From contig JAIRXR010000011.1 in the NCBI GenBank assembly GCA_031268175.1, forward strand, positions 204,930-236,929: DNA of 32,000 bases, given 5' to 3'. The first letter of the stretch is position 1. The number at the start of each line of letters is the position of its first letter. The translations under genes and the position numbers were made by a program. Positions 9,909 through 17,687 of the stretch are shown piece by piece. Below the pieces are notes generated by a model that worked only from the letters and a program-made list of their open reading frames with translations, searched no databases and was not told where the DNA came from. This stretch comes from Puniceicoccales bacterium. GTDB lineage: Bacteria; Verrucomicrobiota; Verrucomicrobiia; Opitutales; JAIRKQ01.

Positions 9909-10916
9909 ATGGATGGCAAAGCCACAGCTGGGAGAAAATTTTCAACGGCCATTGCCCCGATGCACGGCCTAGCAACGCGCCAATTTCTAGACATTTTGTC
10001 GGATTTTTGTGAGCCCGACGAGTGCATTTCCGGTTTTTTGCGCGTGCACGAAACATCGGTGATTGCAAAGGACATCGTAGATTTGATCGAAAATCGCAGG
10101 GGTATGGCGCCGCTGAGCATACAGCTGCTAGGAAAAGATCCGAAACATTTCGTCAGAGTCGTTGGATTGCTCAGAAATTGCGGTATCAGCGCCATCAACG
10201 TAAACCTCGGATGTCCGATGGCGAAGATCCGAAAAAAAGGGGTTGGCGGCGCACTTTTGGCAGAGCTGGACACCGTTGACGGGATAATTTCGGCGCTGGC
10301 GGAGGAAACAAACTTGCCGATCTCCGTAAAAATCAGGGTTGGCTATGCCGATCCGTTGGAGTTCGATGCAATTTTGGAGCATCTGGCGCAACACGGCATT
10401 GCAGCTCTGTACCTGCATGGGCGCACGGTCATGGGATTGTACTCTGAGCCCGTTGATTTTGCGTGCATTTCAAAGGCAAAGGCGGTCCTGCGCTGCCCGG
10501 TAATTGCCAATGGCGACATAAAAAGCGCAGAAGAAGCGATGGCCGTTGTCGAAAAAACGTACGCCGATGGCGTGATGATCGGGCGGGCGGCAGTCACTAA
10601 TCCGTGGATATTTCGCCAAATAAATGAAATTGCATCTGGCCTAGAGCCATTCGCGCCATCTGGCGAGGACTACGCCAACTACATCGAAAAACTGAAAGCC
10701 TCAACGCACAGGCCCGGCGTTTCCGAAATTCGCTCCATCTCTGCAATAAAAAAGTACCTTGTCCCCATTGCAGATTCCCTGGACCATGGTGGAGATTTTT
10801 CCATCAAAATTCGAAGGGCGGAAACGTTTCATGCCATCGGCGACGCCTGCGAAGAGTTTTTCATAGGCGAGTGGGCGAATCGCGGCGATTGCGATGCGCC
10901 GAAGTGGCAATCTTAG
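9909..10916 (+). CDS. tRNA-dihydrouridine synthase (Dus family)
   Basis: ORF 9879..10916 with its first ATG at 9909. Dus/TIM-barrel motifs: NVNLGCPMAKIRKKGVGGALL, ISVKIRVG, LYLHGRT, PVIANGDI, DGVMIGRAAVTNPWIF. Confidence 0.85.
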   Translation: MDGKATAGRKFSTAIAPMHGLATRQFLDILSDFCEPDECISGFLRVHETSVIAKDIVDLIENRRGMAPLSIQLLGKDPKHFVRVVGLLRNCGISAINVNLGCPMAKIRKKGVGGALLAELDTVDGIISALAEETNLPISVKIRVGYADPLEFDAILEHLAQHGIAALYLHGRTVMGLYSEPVDFACISKAKAVLRCPVIANGDIKSAEEAMAVVEKTYADGVMIGRAAVTNPWIFRQINEIASGLEPFAPSGEDYANYIEKLKASTHRPGVSEIRSISAIKKYLVPIADSLDHGGDFSIKIRRAETFHAIGDACEEFFIGEWANRGDCDAPKWQS

Positions 10917-11651
10917 AAAGTATACCTCAGGCCGAACGGCAGCTCATGGACAATACTTCCACTGAAATCGATGGAATGCTTCCGATTTTCTCCGTAGTTA
11001 CACGGCATCCACCCGCTTTCCCCGAAATGCTTGGAAACACGGAGATTCTATATCCAACGTCAACGGCGAGGTGGTCACTAACGGCAAATGCGACGCCGCA
11101 CACAGTCTACAAGGCAAATTTGGTTCCAGAATATCTCAATTTTTCGCATGGGAAGGGCACTTCGGTGGCATTTTTATCGCTAACCTCAGCTTTGATAAAT
11201 GCCACACCAACACCGGCCTCAATCTGTGGGATAAATTTTTTTCTACGTCGATGTCGCAGTAAAAATTGAGCATTACGATCTTGAAATCCATTTTCAAAAC
11301 GGCCGGAGTGGCCTATGCGTCTTGGTAAAACGCTCCATATCAATCGTCGACGGATACGTCACATTTCCAAGATTTGCAGATGCCAAATTCCACTTCTGTG
11401 CGCACTTTAAATTGCCCTCCTTCGCCGAAGGACAATCCGGCTGCTACCTTTCTCGACGGTAAGCGGTTTTTAAAATTAACGCTATCTCGATAGGTAATTT
11501 GGAAAACTTGGCCTATCACTTTGCGATCCCACGTTCCCCTCCCATCGAAGAAGTCGCCGCCGCCTTCCACGGAAACATACGGCTTGACATCAGCCAGTAT
11601 CGAATTTATGGTGAAAAAAGCGCCACCAACAGTACGCACACTCGGCGGCAA
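10913..11651 (-). pseudogene. Degraded outer-membrane beta-barrel protein gene (OMP_b-brl-like), broken by in-frame stops and frameshifts
   Basis: Hand translation shows beta-barrel-like segments spread over three minus-strand frames: PYVSVEGGG..., AAGLSFGEGGQFKVRTEVEF, VMLNFYCDIDVEK, KFIPQIEAGVGVAFIKAEV, LAVDVGYRISVF. The C-terminus is the typical ...LPFGLRYTF-stop. Interruptions are a TGA at 11340, TAG at 11313, TAG at 11107, a frame change in the A7 run (11236-11242) and another near 11000-11050. No signal peptide: there is a stop at 11685-11687 upstream. Confidence 0.5.
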
Positions 11652-11854
11652 AAATTGAATTTTACGCTCATCACATCCTTCTCTTCACTGGTAGACCCCT
11701 AAAAAGGACGACAGCCGATCGCGGCCGTAGCTGTGGAGGCCGCCGCGTCAAATAAAATTTTACGTTTTTTACTTTTTCGATGATCCACGTGGCAGAGCTA
11801 CCACGCGGCGCATTTTTGTTGAATTGTGCCATAAAATTTCTAGTCATTCCGCCA

Positions 11855-12763
11855 ATGGTGACGATTTTAGATGGGGCGGCCACGGCGAAGAACGTTTTGC
11901 AAAGCGTGAAGGCGGAGGTCGCCGCGCTTAGAATCGCACCACAACTCGCAATCGTATGCGTCGGCGATGACCCGGCTTCGGAGATCTACGTAAGGAACAA
12001 GCTGATTCAGGCGAAGGACGTTGGAATCGGCGCGCAACTGGTAAAACTGCCGGCTGATTCGCCTCTGGAGACGATTTTGGCAAATATCCGTACGCTAAAT
12101 GAGGATTCAGCGATCAACGGAATAATCGTGCAGTCGCCGCTGCCGGACGGATCGATGCAGAATGTCGCATTCAACGACATATGCATCGCAAAGGACGTCG
12201 ATGGATTCAGCGATCGCAGCATCGCAAACCTGGTGAGAGGAGCTGGCAACGGCTTCGTTCCATGCACGCCGCTCGGAATCTGCGCCCTTTTGGAAGCCTA
12301 CGGCATCGCCATCGGCGGAAAACACATCGTTATCATCGGCCGCGGCAGCCTCGTCGGCAGGCCGCTTTCCATCCTGCTATCGCGAAAATCGAAGGAATTT
12401 AACGCAACGGTAACGCTGTGCCATTCGGGGACGGAAAACCTAGTGAACATAACCAGGCTTGCGGATATCGTGGTGGTCGCCATCGGCAGAAAATTTTTTC
12501 TGAAGAGGGACATGGTAAAGCCCGGCGCCGTTGCCATAGATGTTGGGATAAACCGTGAGGCCTGCAATGGAGCTTCCGGAAAATATAAAATATGCGGCGA
12601 CATCGACTTTGAAAATGTAAAAGATATTTGCCAGGCCATAACCCCAGTTCCAGGCGGCGTCGGCCCGATGACGGTCGCCATGCTCATGCGCAACACTCTG
12701 TTCGCGGCGAAGGAACAAAGCAAAAACCGGAGCTGGAGGCGCGAATCGGAATCGAACCGATGA
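11855..12763 (+). CDS. folD: Bifunctional methylenetetrahydrofolate dehydrogenase / methenyltetrahydrofolate cyclohydrolase FolD
   Basis: ORF 11780..12763. The ATG at 11855 (MVTILDGAATAK...) fits FolD N-termini. Motifs: VGDDPASEIYVRNK, GIIVQSPLP, DVDGF, VIIGRGSLVGRPL, TPVPGGVGPMTVAMLMRNT. The last 30 nt overlap tRNA-Cys on the opposite strand. Confidence 0.9.
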   Translation: MVTILDGAATAKNVLQSVKAEVAALRIAPQLAIVCVGDDPASEIYVRNKLIQAKDVGIGAQLVKLPADSPLETILANIRTLNEDSAINGIIVQSPLPDGSMQNVAFNDICIAKDVDGFSDRSIANLVRGAGNGFVPCTPLGICALLEAYGIAIGGKHIVIIGRGSLVGRPLSILLSRKSKEFNATVTLCHSGTENLVNITRLADIVVVAIGRKFFLKRDMVKPGAVAIDVGINREACNGASGKYKICGDIDFENVKDICQAITPVPGGVGPMTVAMLMRNTLFAAKEQSKNRSWRRESESNR

Positions 12764-12808
12764 ATGGAGGTTTTGCAGACCTCAGCCTTACCACTTGGCT
12801 ATCGCGCC
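12734..12808 (-). tRNA. tRNA-Cys (anticodon GCA), CCA encoded
   Basis: The reverse complement reads GGCGCGA-TA-GCC..GGC-T-GAGGT-CTGCAAA-ACCTC-CATTC-ATCGG-TTCGATT-CCGAT-TCGCGCC-T-CCA. It forms a clean cloverleaf with a 7-bp acceptor stem, a TTCGATT T-loop and anticodon GCA. Confidence 0.9.
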
Positions 12809-12922
12809 GCAGCGAATGCAAAAGCGAAAAAATCACGCGGATTTCAACGGATAAGCAGTGGCTTGTGTGCATTTTTGCGGTAAAAAGTCAACAATTCCAC
12901 GCTGAAGGCTGAAAATTTCACA

Positions 12923-13238
12923 GCGAAATTCGCCATGTGTTACTTCGCGCAAGTTAGCCAGCTAGCGGAAGATGCCCGCACCGTGCGCCCATCGCCACCA
13001 ACCGCTGCAATTTCTGCAACTGTGGAAAAATTTTGACCGCTAGTCACAGCTTGGCAAACGTTCCGCGAATTATCTCCACTGGCAATGGTGTGCGGGAAAG
13101 CTCCGCGATTTGGTGGCTCCATTGTACCCGTACCTTCATGCCTGAACCTCTTTGTGCCCGGCAAAAGCTCGCAGACATTCTCGGACTCATCCCTACGCCT
13201 CTTTGTAGGGCCAAGTCCGCCACATGTGTAAATTTCGC
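12923..13238 (-). ncRNA. Candidate structured RNA, family unassigned (core helices arranged like the RNase P RNA P1-P4 pseudoknot, but conserved sequence blocks do not match well)
   Basis: It sits in a 530-bp gap with no convincing CDS, and both strands are stop-poor. Hand-found pairings in minus-strand RNA: GCGAAAUUU (13238-13230) with GAAUUUCGC (12931-12923); CAUGUG (13226-13221) with CACAUG (12939-12934); hairpin CCCUAC-N8-GUAGGG (13210-13191); GCCACCAA (13117-13110) with UUGGUGGC (13001-12994). Strand and ends are uncertain. Confidence 0.3.
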
Positions 13239-13344
13239 ATTCCATGGCACGTTTTTTTATATATGACATCAAATGTCAAGAATGGAAAATTTCGCAAATG
13301 TCACTTTCCTCCATTTGCCGTTTCTAGGCACAGTTCGCCGGCAG

Positions 13345-13968
13345 CTACCTCCGTGACGCAGCCGCTCGGATCAATTCTTCAAAGCTCGCCGAAAGCTCGA
13401 GGCCACCGACGTCCTTGGCCAAAATTTCCAGCTTTTCTGCGCTTTCCCTATCCCTGAGCATCTCCGCCAGCGCGTAGGCGGCACTTCCCCTGAAAGATTT
13501 GCCATACTTTTTGCCGTAGACGACGGCATTCAGAAGTTTCTCAGCTTCCTCAAAATTACCGAGCCTGTGCATGGCCACCGCACGACTCGCCATGGCGCGC
13601 GGCAGCAGCGCCGTTGCCCTTAAAATTTTACACGCCCGCTCGTACTCCGCCTCCGCGGCAGCGTAATTTCCATTTGCCAGATAGTCATCGGCTAGTGCCA
13701 GAGACGCGACACCTGCCAATTTCTCCATCCTATGCTTAACGATAAATTTCGCCTTTTCCTCCGGTGTTGCCAGCGACGCATACTCCCTCCGCATTTTCGA
13801 TGCTTCGCGGCCTGAGTGCAATCGACCGGCAAGCCAAATTGCCATGACTAGCGCAATGGTCGCGGCAATCAACGACAGTATCCGCCGCCTGTGGAAAAAA
13901 AGCCACACCCGCTCACCAATGCTGGCCGCCACAAAGGCTTCGTCCACATCACTACCGCTATCACTCAT
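13345..13968 (-). CDS. Membrane-anchored TPR-like protein (YfgM-like architecture)
   Basis: ORF 13345..14040. The ATG at 13968 gives an acidic N-terminus (MSDSGSDVDEAF), one TM segment (ILSLIAATIALVMAIWLAGRL), then TPR-like helices (YLANGNYAAAEAEYERACKIL, MHRLGNFEEAEKLL). Confidence 0.5.
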   Translation of the reverse strand: MSDSGSDVDEAFVAASIGERVWLFFHRRRILSLIAATIALVMAIWLAGRLHSGREASKMRREYASLATPEEKAKFIVKHRMEKLAGVASLALADDYLANGNYAAAEAEYERACKILRATALLPRAMASRAVAMHRLGNFEEAEKLLNAVVYGKKYGKSFRGSAAYALAEMLRDRESAEKLEILAKDVGGLELSASFEELIRAAASRR

Positions 13969-14034
13969 AGTCAAGCCACACAAATTGTTGAAAACACGAA
14001 AATATTCCACACAAAGGTAGCAAACAAAATATTT

Positions 14035-14757
14035 ATGCAAAAGTGCTTCCTCCGCGGAAATATTTCAATCGGAATCGTTGAACTTTCCGCAAGGGAAAGT
14101 CACCATCTGCGCAACGTTATGCGCACGCACGTCGGGGAAAAGGTCGTCGCATTGAACGGCAAAGGCACTGTCGCGCACGGCAAATTGGTTGAGATAGCAA
14201 ATGGGCATGCTCTCATAGAAATTGAAACGGTGACCAAAGTGGAACGTCCGGCACGCGTTGTTTCCCTACTGCAGGCAATTTTGAAAAATGCGCACTGCGA
14301 CCATATTGTGCGCGAAGCGACGGCGATCGGTGTTTCGGAAATAGTGTTTTTCGAAGCGCAAAATACGGAGTGTAGATTGAGGGGAAAAGTCGCCGATCGG
14401 CTCACACGCTGGGAAACGATCGCCATCGAAGCGTGCAAGCAGTCCGGCAATCCATTCCTGCCGAAAATCTCATATCATGAAAAACTTGAAATAGTCGCAT
14501 TGGATGACTTTGTCACGGGAATTTTTGGAGGATTGAGCGCCGGTGCCAGGCCACTCAAAGTTGCCATCGCCGACAATTTTAGCGGAGGAAGCATCGGTGT
14601 GGCAATCGGCCCCGAAGGCGATTTTTCCACGCATGAGTACAATTTTTTGAGGAAAAATCGCTTTGTCGAATGCCGCCTCTCGCGGAATATTCTGCGCTCC
14701 GAAACGGCGGCGATCTACGCGCTGTGTGCCCTAGATCAGTTGCTTACGGACGACTAG
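14035..14757 (+). CDS. rsmE: 16S rRNA (uracil1498-N3)-methyltransferase RsmE
   Basis: ORF 13891..14757. The ATG at 14035 (MQKCFLRGN...SARESHHLRNVMR) matches RsmE N-termini. C-terminal SPOUT knot motifs: IGPEGDFSTHE, LSRNILRSETAAIYAL. Confidence 0.85.
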   Translation: MQKCFLRGNISIGIVELSARESHHLRNVMRTHVGEKVVALNGKGTVAHGKLVEIANGHALIEIETVTKVERPARVVSLLQAILKNAHCDHIVREATAIGVSEIVFFEAQNTECRLRGKVADRLTRWETIAIEACKQSGNPFLPKISYHEKLEIVALDDFVTGIFGGLSAGARPLKVAIADNFSGGSIGVAIGPEGDFSTHEYNFLRKNRFVECRLSRNILRSETAAIYALCALDQLLTDD

Positions 14758-15634
14758 CGCCGGTGCATTGCTCCGATTGTGGCAGACCGACTATTTGTAT
14801 CACAACTTGCTGGTGGTGTGCGTTAAACGCCAGCGGCGTGTATTTGAATCCATTTCCGTCAATTAGATCCATGAATGCACGAAATTCTCCGTTCTCAAAG
14901 TCATCGTAGTTGTAGAACTCATCGAACACTAGGATTGTTCCCACCCTGAGCAGCGGAAGCAGCGGCTCGAGCCCGTCCACGGCGCTCTGATAGGTATCTG
15001 AGTCGATGTGAACCAGTGCCAGCTGGTAGTTTTTCAAAACCGGCAAAAGTTGCGGGATTGTGTCAATGAATTTTCCACGTATGGCAATGACGTTGTCCAG
15101 CGTTGGAAATGGCGGTTGAAGACCAACTGGTGCGATCTTCGGCGCAAACGTCCCAGCTGGAAAATTCACATCGCCGCGCTCCCACGCCTCCGGTAACCCT
15201 GAGAATGTGTCGCAGGCGAAAACCGTACCGTGCGCAAAAACAGAACCGAGCAGATTGCTTGATTTCAAAACGCCGGCACCGAGATCGACGGCAACGCCAG
15301 CGGGAAAATTTGCGAGTGCCACCAGCGCACCATACAGCAGCGCGTGGGTGTCGGCCGTGACTGGCAGCGCGTTCGGCATGAAGGAAGCTACGAATTGAAC
15401 GGACTGCGAATTTTTCATGTAGTCGCTGTCCCGCGTACCGAATTTGTTTACCTGTGCCCCGCACGGAGATGTGTGGTCCAGCGATCGGCTCTTCGCATTG
15501 GGAGGCATCACAACGTGCTCGTTCCAATCGTACCTTTGCAATGCACACTCTGGAAGCGGCGGCTTCGCACCGAGGCCATCGGCGTTTGTAGCGCACGGGT
15601 TAAATGAAAAGATCAAACACAGATCCAACAGCAT
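14744..15634 (-). CDS. Class I SAM-dependent methyltransferase, TylF/macrocin-O-methyltransferase-like, with a ~130-aa N-terminal extension
   Basis: The ORF extends to 15682 (TTG), with ATG options at 15655 and 15634. C-terminal half: VDLGAGVLKSS...FACDTFSGLPE...LVHIDSDTYQSAVDGLEPLLPLLRVGTILVFDEF, resembling the TylF/Methyltransf_24 layout. The N-terminus MLLDLCLIFSFNPCATNA is hydrophobic. The 3' end overlaps the rsmE 3' end by 14 nt (convergent). Confidence 0.55.
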   Translation of the reverse strand: MLLDLCLIFSFNPCATNADGLGAKPPLPECALQRYDWNEHVVMPPNAKSRSLDHTSPCGAQVNKFGTRDSDYMKNSQSVQFVASFMPNALPVTADTHALLYGALVALANFPAGVAVDLGAGVLKSSNLLGSVFAHGTVFACDTFSGLPEAWERGDVNFPAGTFAPKIAPVGLQPPFPTLDNVIAIRGKFIDTIPQLLPVLKNYQLALVHIDSDTYQSAVDGLEPLLPLLRVGTILVFDEFYNYDDFENGEFRAFMDLIDGNGFKYTPLAFNAHHQQVVIQIVGLPQSEQCTGASRP

Positions 15635-15818
15635 AGTAATCACGCATTCGCCCATTGGGAAACATGGACAAGCCAACGGCAATTGATTGTCAAATATTTT
15701 GGCAAAGCCGCCTAAAATAAATTCGACAAAAATTCAGTTCGTGGCGTCGCATTGCCCATCTGCTACCGCATCGATGGCGGCCGACGCGGGATGCGCAAAT
15801 TTTTTTTCGCCATGCTCA

Positions 15819-16682
15819 TCACTTCAGTTGCGCGAGGTAGCTCACAACCTCGGCGATGCTGGCTCCGTCAGTGGAAGCACCGGACGCAACTCCCATAGCG
15901 GAAAATTTTTTCAGCGGCAAATGGAACAGATCGGAAACCGTCTCGACAGGGAATACCGGCAGTGTCGTGGCCTTCGCCGCCGCCACCAGCGTTGCCGTAT
16001 TATTCGAATGCCTTCCACCAACGACGACGATCGCCTGCGCTCCGCTTTTTTGCAGCCCCACAATCGCCCTCTGCCTCCCGATGGAAGATCCGCAAATTGT
16101 GTTTTGGATCTCGGCACCGGGGAAAATTTTGGCAATTTCCCCCGCTAGACTAGCGAAAAATTCTTCGCCAATTGTGGACTGTGAGATCACCAAAATTTCG
16201 CTCAAATCGCGGGGAAGCGAATGAATCTCCTCCATCGAATTCACCGCGAAACATTTTCCAATCGCCGCCGCACTCGCCAACGCTAGCACCTCCGGATGGC
16301 TACGATTGCCAATGATTAGAACTGGGCGATTGCCATTCGCAGCGCGTTCTACCATTTGCGTAATTTTTGCAATGTGGGGGCATGTGCCGTCGATCACACT
16401 TTTAAAATGATACTCCAGCTGCGCACGCCTGGCCTTCGAAATTCCGTGGGCGCGGATCACGATGCAATCCAGCGGCGTGGCATGCTCCAGATCGTCCTCG
16501 CCAAGCAATTTTACGCCTGCACTTTTCAAGCTGTCCATGACTCGCCAGTTGTGTACGAGCGCGCCATCGATATACGTTTTGCCACGGCATTGCTTCGCTG
16601 CGGAAATGGCGAAGGCCACAGCTCGCTCCACGCCTCCGCAAAAGCCGGAAACACTTGAAATTATCACGCGCAAGATGCGCAT
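15819..16682 (-). CDS. ispH: 4-hydroxy-3-methylbut-2-enyl diphosphate reductase IspH (LytB)
   Basis: ORF 15819..16886. The ATG at 16682 (MRILRVIISSVSGFCGGVERAV) fits IspH. The three Fe-S cysteines are in context (GFCGG, DGTCPHI, ICGSS), plus IRAHG and VVGGRHSNNT. Confidence 0.9.
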   Translation of the reverse strand: MRILRVIISSVSGFCGGVERAVAFAISAAKQCRGKTYIDGALVHNWRVMDSLKSAGVKLLGEDDLEHATPLDCIVIRAHGISKARRAQLEYHFKSVIDGTCPHIAKITQMVERAANGNRPVLIIGNRSHPEVLALASAAAIGKCFAVNSMEEIHSLPRDLSEILVISQSTIGEEFFASLAGEIAKIFPGAEIQNTICGSSIGRQRAIVGLQKSGAQAIVVVGGRHSNNTATLVAAAKATTLPVFPVETVSDLFHLPLKKFSAMGVASGASTDGASIAEVVSYLAQLK

Positions 16683-16789
16683 TTTCGAAACTCGCAGCCA
16701 CAAGTCAATCTTCGTTTTGGCATGATTTTTCGTTGCAATGCCCGGCTTGCGGCGCATAGTTTGGTCTCTGCTGGCGCGAGGATGGATGA

Positions 16790-17131
16790 ATGAAAATTGT
16801 TGTTTTGCGCGCGTCCGCACTGTGGATGCTGCTAATTTTTCCGGCGCTGTGCGTTCTTCGCCGCAGGTGGGTACGACAGCCAACAATCGTGTTTCCCAAT
16901 GCGGCGATTGTGAAAAAAATCATCGGCAAGGCGGCTGCGAAGCGAGGTGCGAACTGGCCGGCCATCTGCGAAAACCTATCCATTTTTACGTTGATTGTTG
17001 CCTACTCCGAGCCAATGTTCGCCGTGGAAACTGCGGTGGTTGCTTGTAAAACGTCGCTCGTTCTGGCAAGCCTCTGCTGCTTTTTCGCGGAAGTATTTTT
17101 AAAAAGCACCTTTTTTCACAGGATTTCCTAA
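16790..17131 (+). CDS. BatA_N-like (aerotolerance-regulator N-terminal) stub; the vWA domain is missing, so this is a probable gene remnant
   Basis: 113 aa. LWMLLIFPALCVLRRRWVRQPTIVFPNAAIV followed by a second TM segment (LSIFTLIVAYSEPMF) matches the BatA N-terminal pattern. The ORF stops where a vWA domain normally begins. Confidence 0.35.
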   Translation: MKIVVLRASALWMLLIFPALCVLRRRWVRQPTIVFPNAAIVKKIIGKAAAKRGANWPAICENLSIFTLIVAYSEPMFAVETAVVACKTSLVLASLCCFFAEVFLKSTFFHRIS

Positions 17132-17134
17132 ACC

Positions 17135-17509
17135 ATGGCTTTTGCCAACGAAAAATTTCTCGCCATTGCCCTAGTTGGCCCGATCTTCGTCGCGCTCATG
17201 CTTATCAACGGCGCGCAAAAAACGGCGAAAAAATTGGAAGCAGTGGCGGATGAATTCACACAATCGAACCTTTTAAAAAATTTTTGTCCAATCGGGCAAA
17301 GGATCAGATTCGCACTGGACACAATCATTCCCGTTGCCTATGCTTTTATTTTGGCTGGGTGGCACGGCGACGTCGGGACAGACATGGGAAAATACCTAAT
17401 TCCGCTGCTGGCCGTTCTCTTCGGCACACGGTCAATTCTCCTAACCGGAAAATGCGGAAATGGCAAATCGGCCAAGGGCGAGGCAAAGGTGCGGAGTCAC
17501 CAATTCTAA
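17135..17509 (+). CDS. Second BatA_N/BatB-like N-terminal stub; probable gene remnant
   Basis: 124 aa starting MAFANEKFLAIALVGPIFVALMLI, which fits the M-x-F-A-N-P-x-x-L Bat N-terminal motif. A second TM segment follows (IIPVAYAFILAGW). There is no downstream vWA or TPR domain. Confidence 0.3.
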   Translation: MAFANEKFLAIALVGPIFVALMLINGAQKTAKKLEAVADEFTQSNLLKNFCPIGQRIRFALDTIIPVAYAFILAGWHGDVGTDMGKYLIPLLAVLFGTRSILLTGKCGNGKSAKGEAKVRSHQF

Positions 17510-17687
17510 CCTTCGCCGAGCTTCAGAAAATTTACGCAAGCGAGGCCATTGCCGTGCGAATTGGCTAGATTTCACGGCCGAAGGACCTCCGAAAGCCAAG
17601 TGACCTTCGCACACCGCTTTCACCGCGAACAAAATTACGGCGATTGATGTCTTGCAAAATCAGTCTGGCTTCGCAGAATCCCACAAG

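Noticed and set aside
11707-11749. A GC-rich hairpin (GCGGCC-N11-GGCCGC, flanked by GACG/CGTC) that is followed on the minus strand by CTTTTT, resembling an intrinsic terminator.
   Set aside because: There is no minus-strand gene upstream of it to terminate, because folD is on the plus strand. The T-run is short and offset from the stem. It may be incidental or an insulator, so it is not annotated.
13075-13110. A cobalamin riboswitch-like fragment on the plus strand (CCACUGGCAAUGGUGUGCGGGAAAGC resembles the GCCACUG...GGGAAGGC core).
   Set aside because: I found no B12 box (AGYCMGGAGACCKGCC-like) downstream and no GGUG..AAUCC element in the right place. There is no plus-strand gene downstream for it to regulate, since the next gene is on the minus strand.
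12940-13272. ORFs in the tRNA-Cys/TPR intergenic gap (110 aa on the minus strand, 77 aa on the plus strand starting at TTG) as possible small proteins.
   Set aside because: Both strands are open over the same span, which points to composition or structure rather than coding. There is no SD or ATG context and the translations are unprotein-like. I treat the region as a candidate structured RNA instead.
12809-13344. tmRNA, SRP RNA or 6S RNA identity for the intergenic RNA candidate.
   Set aside because: There is no tRNA-like T-arm or acceptor end (GGUUCGA..CCA) and no plausible tag ORF ending in ..AA-stop, so tmRNA does not fit. There is no GGAA-tetraloop or AGCA SRP domain IV motif. At ~316 nt with multi-branch pairing it does not fit the ~180-nt 6S rod, although GCGGUUGGUG resembles an E. 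coli 6S segment. This is unresolved without covariance models.
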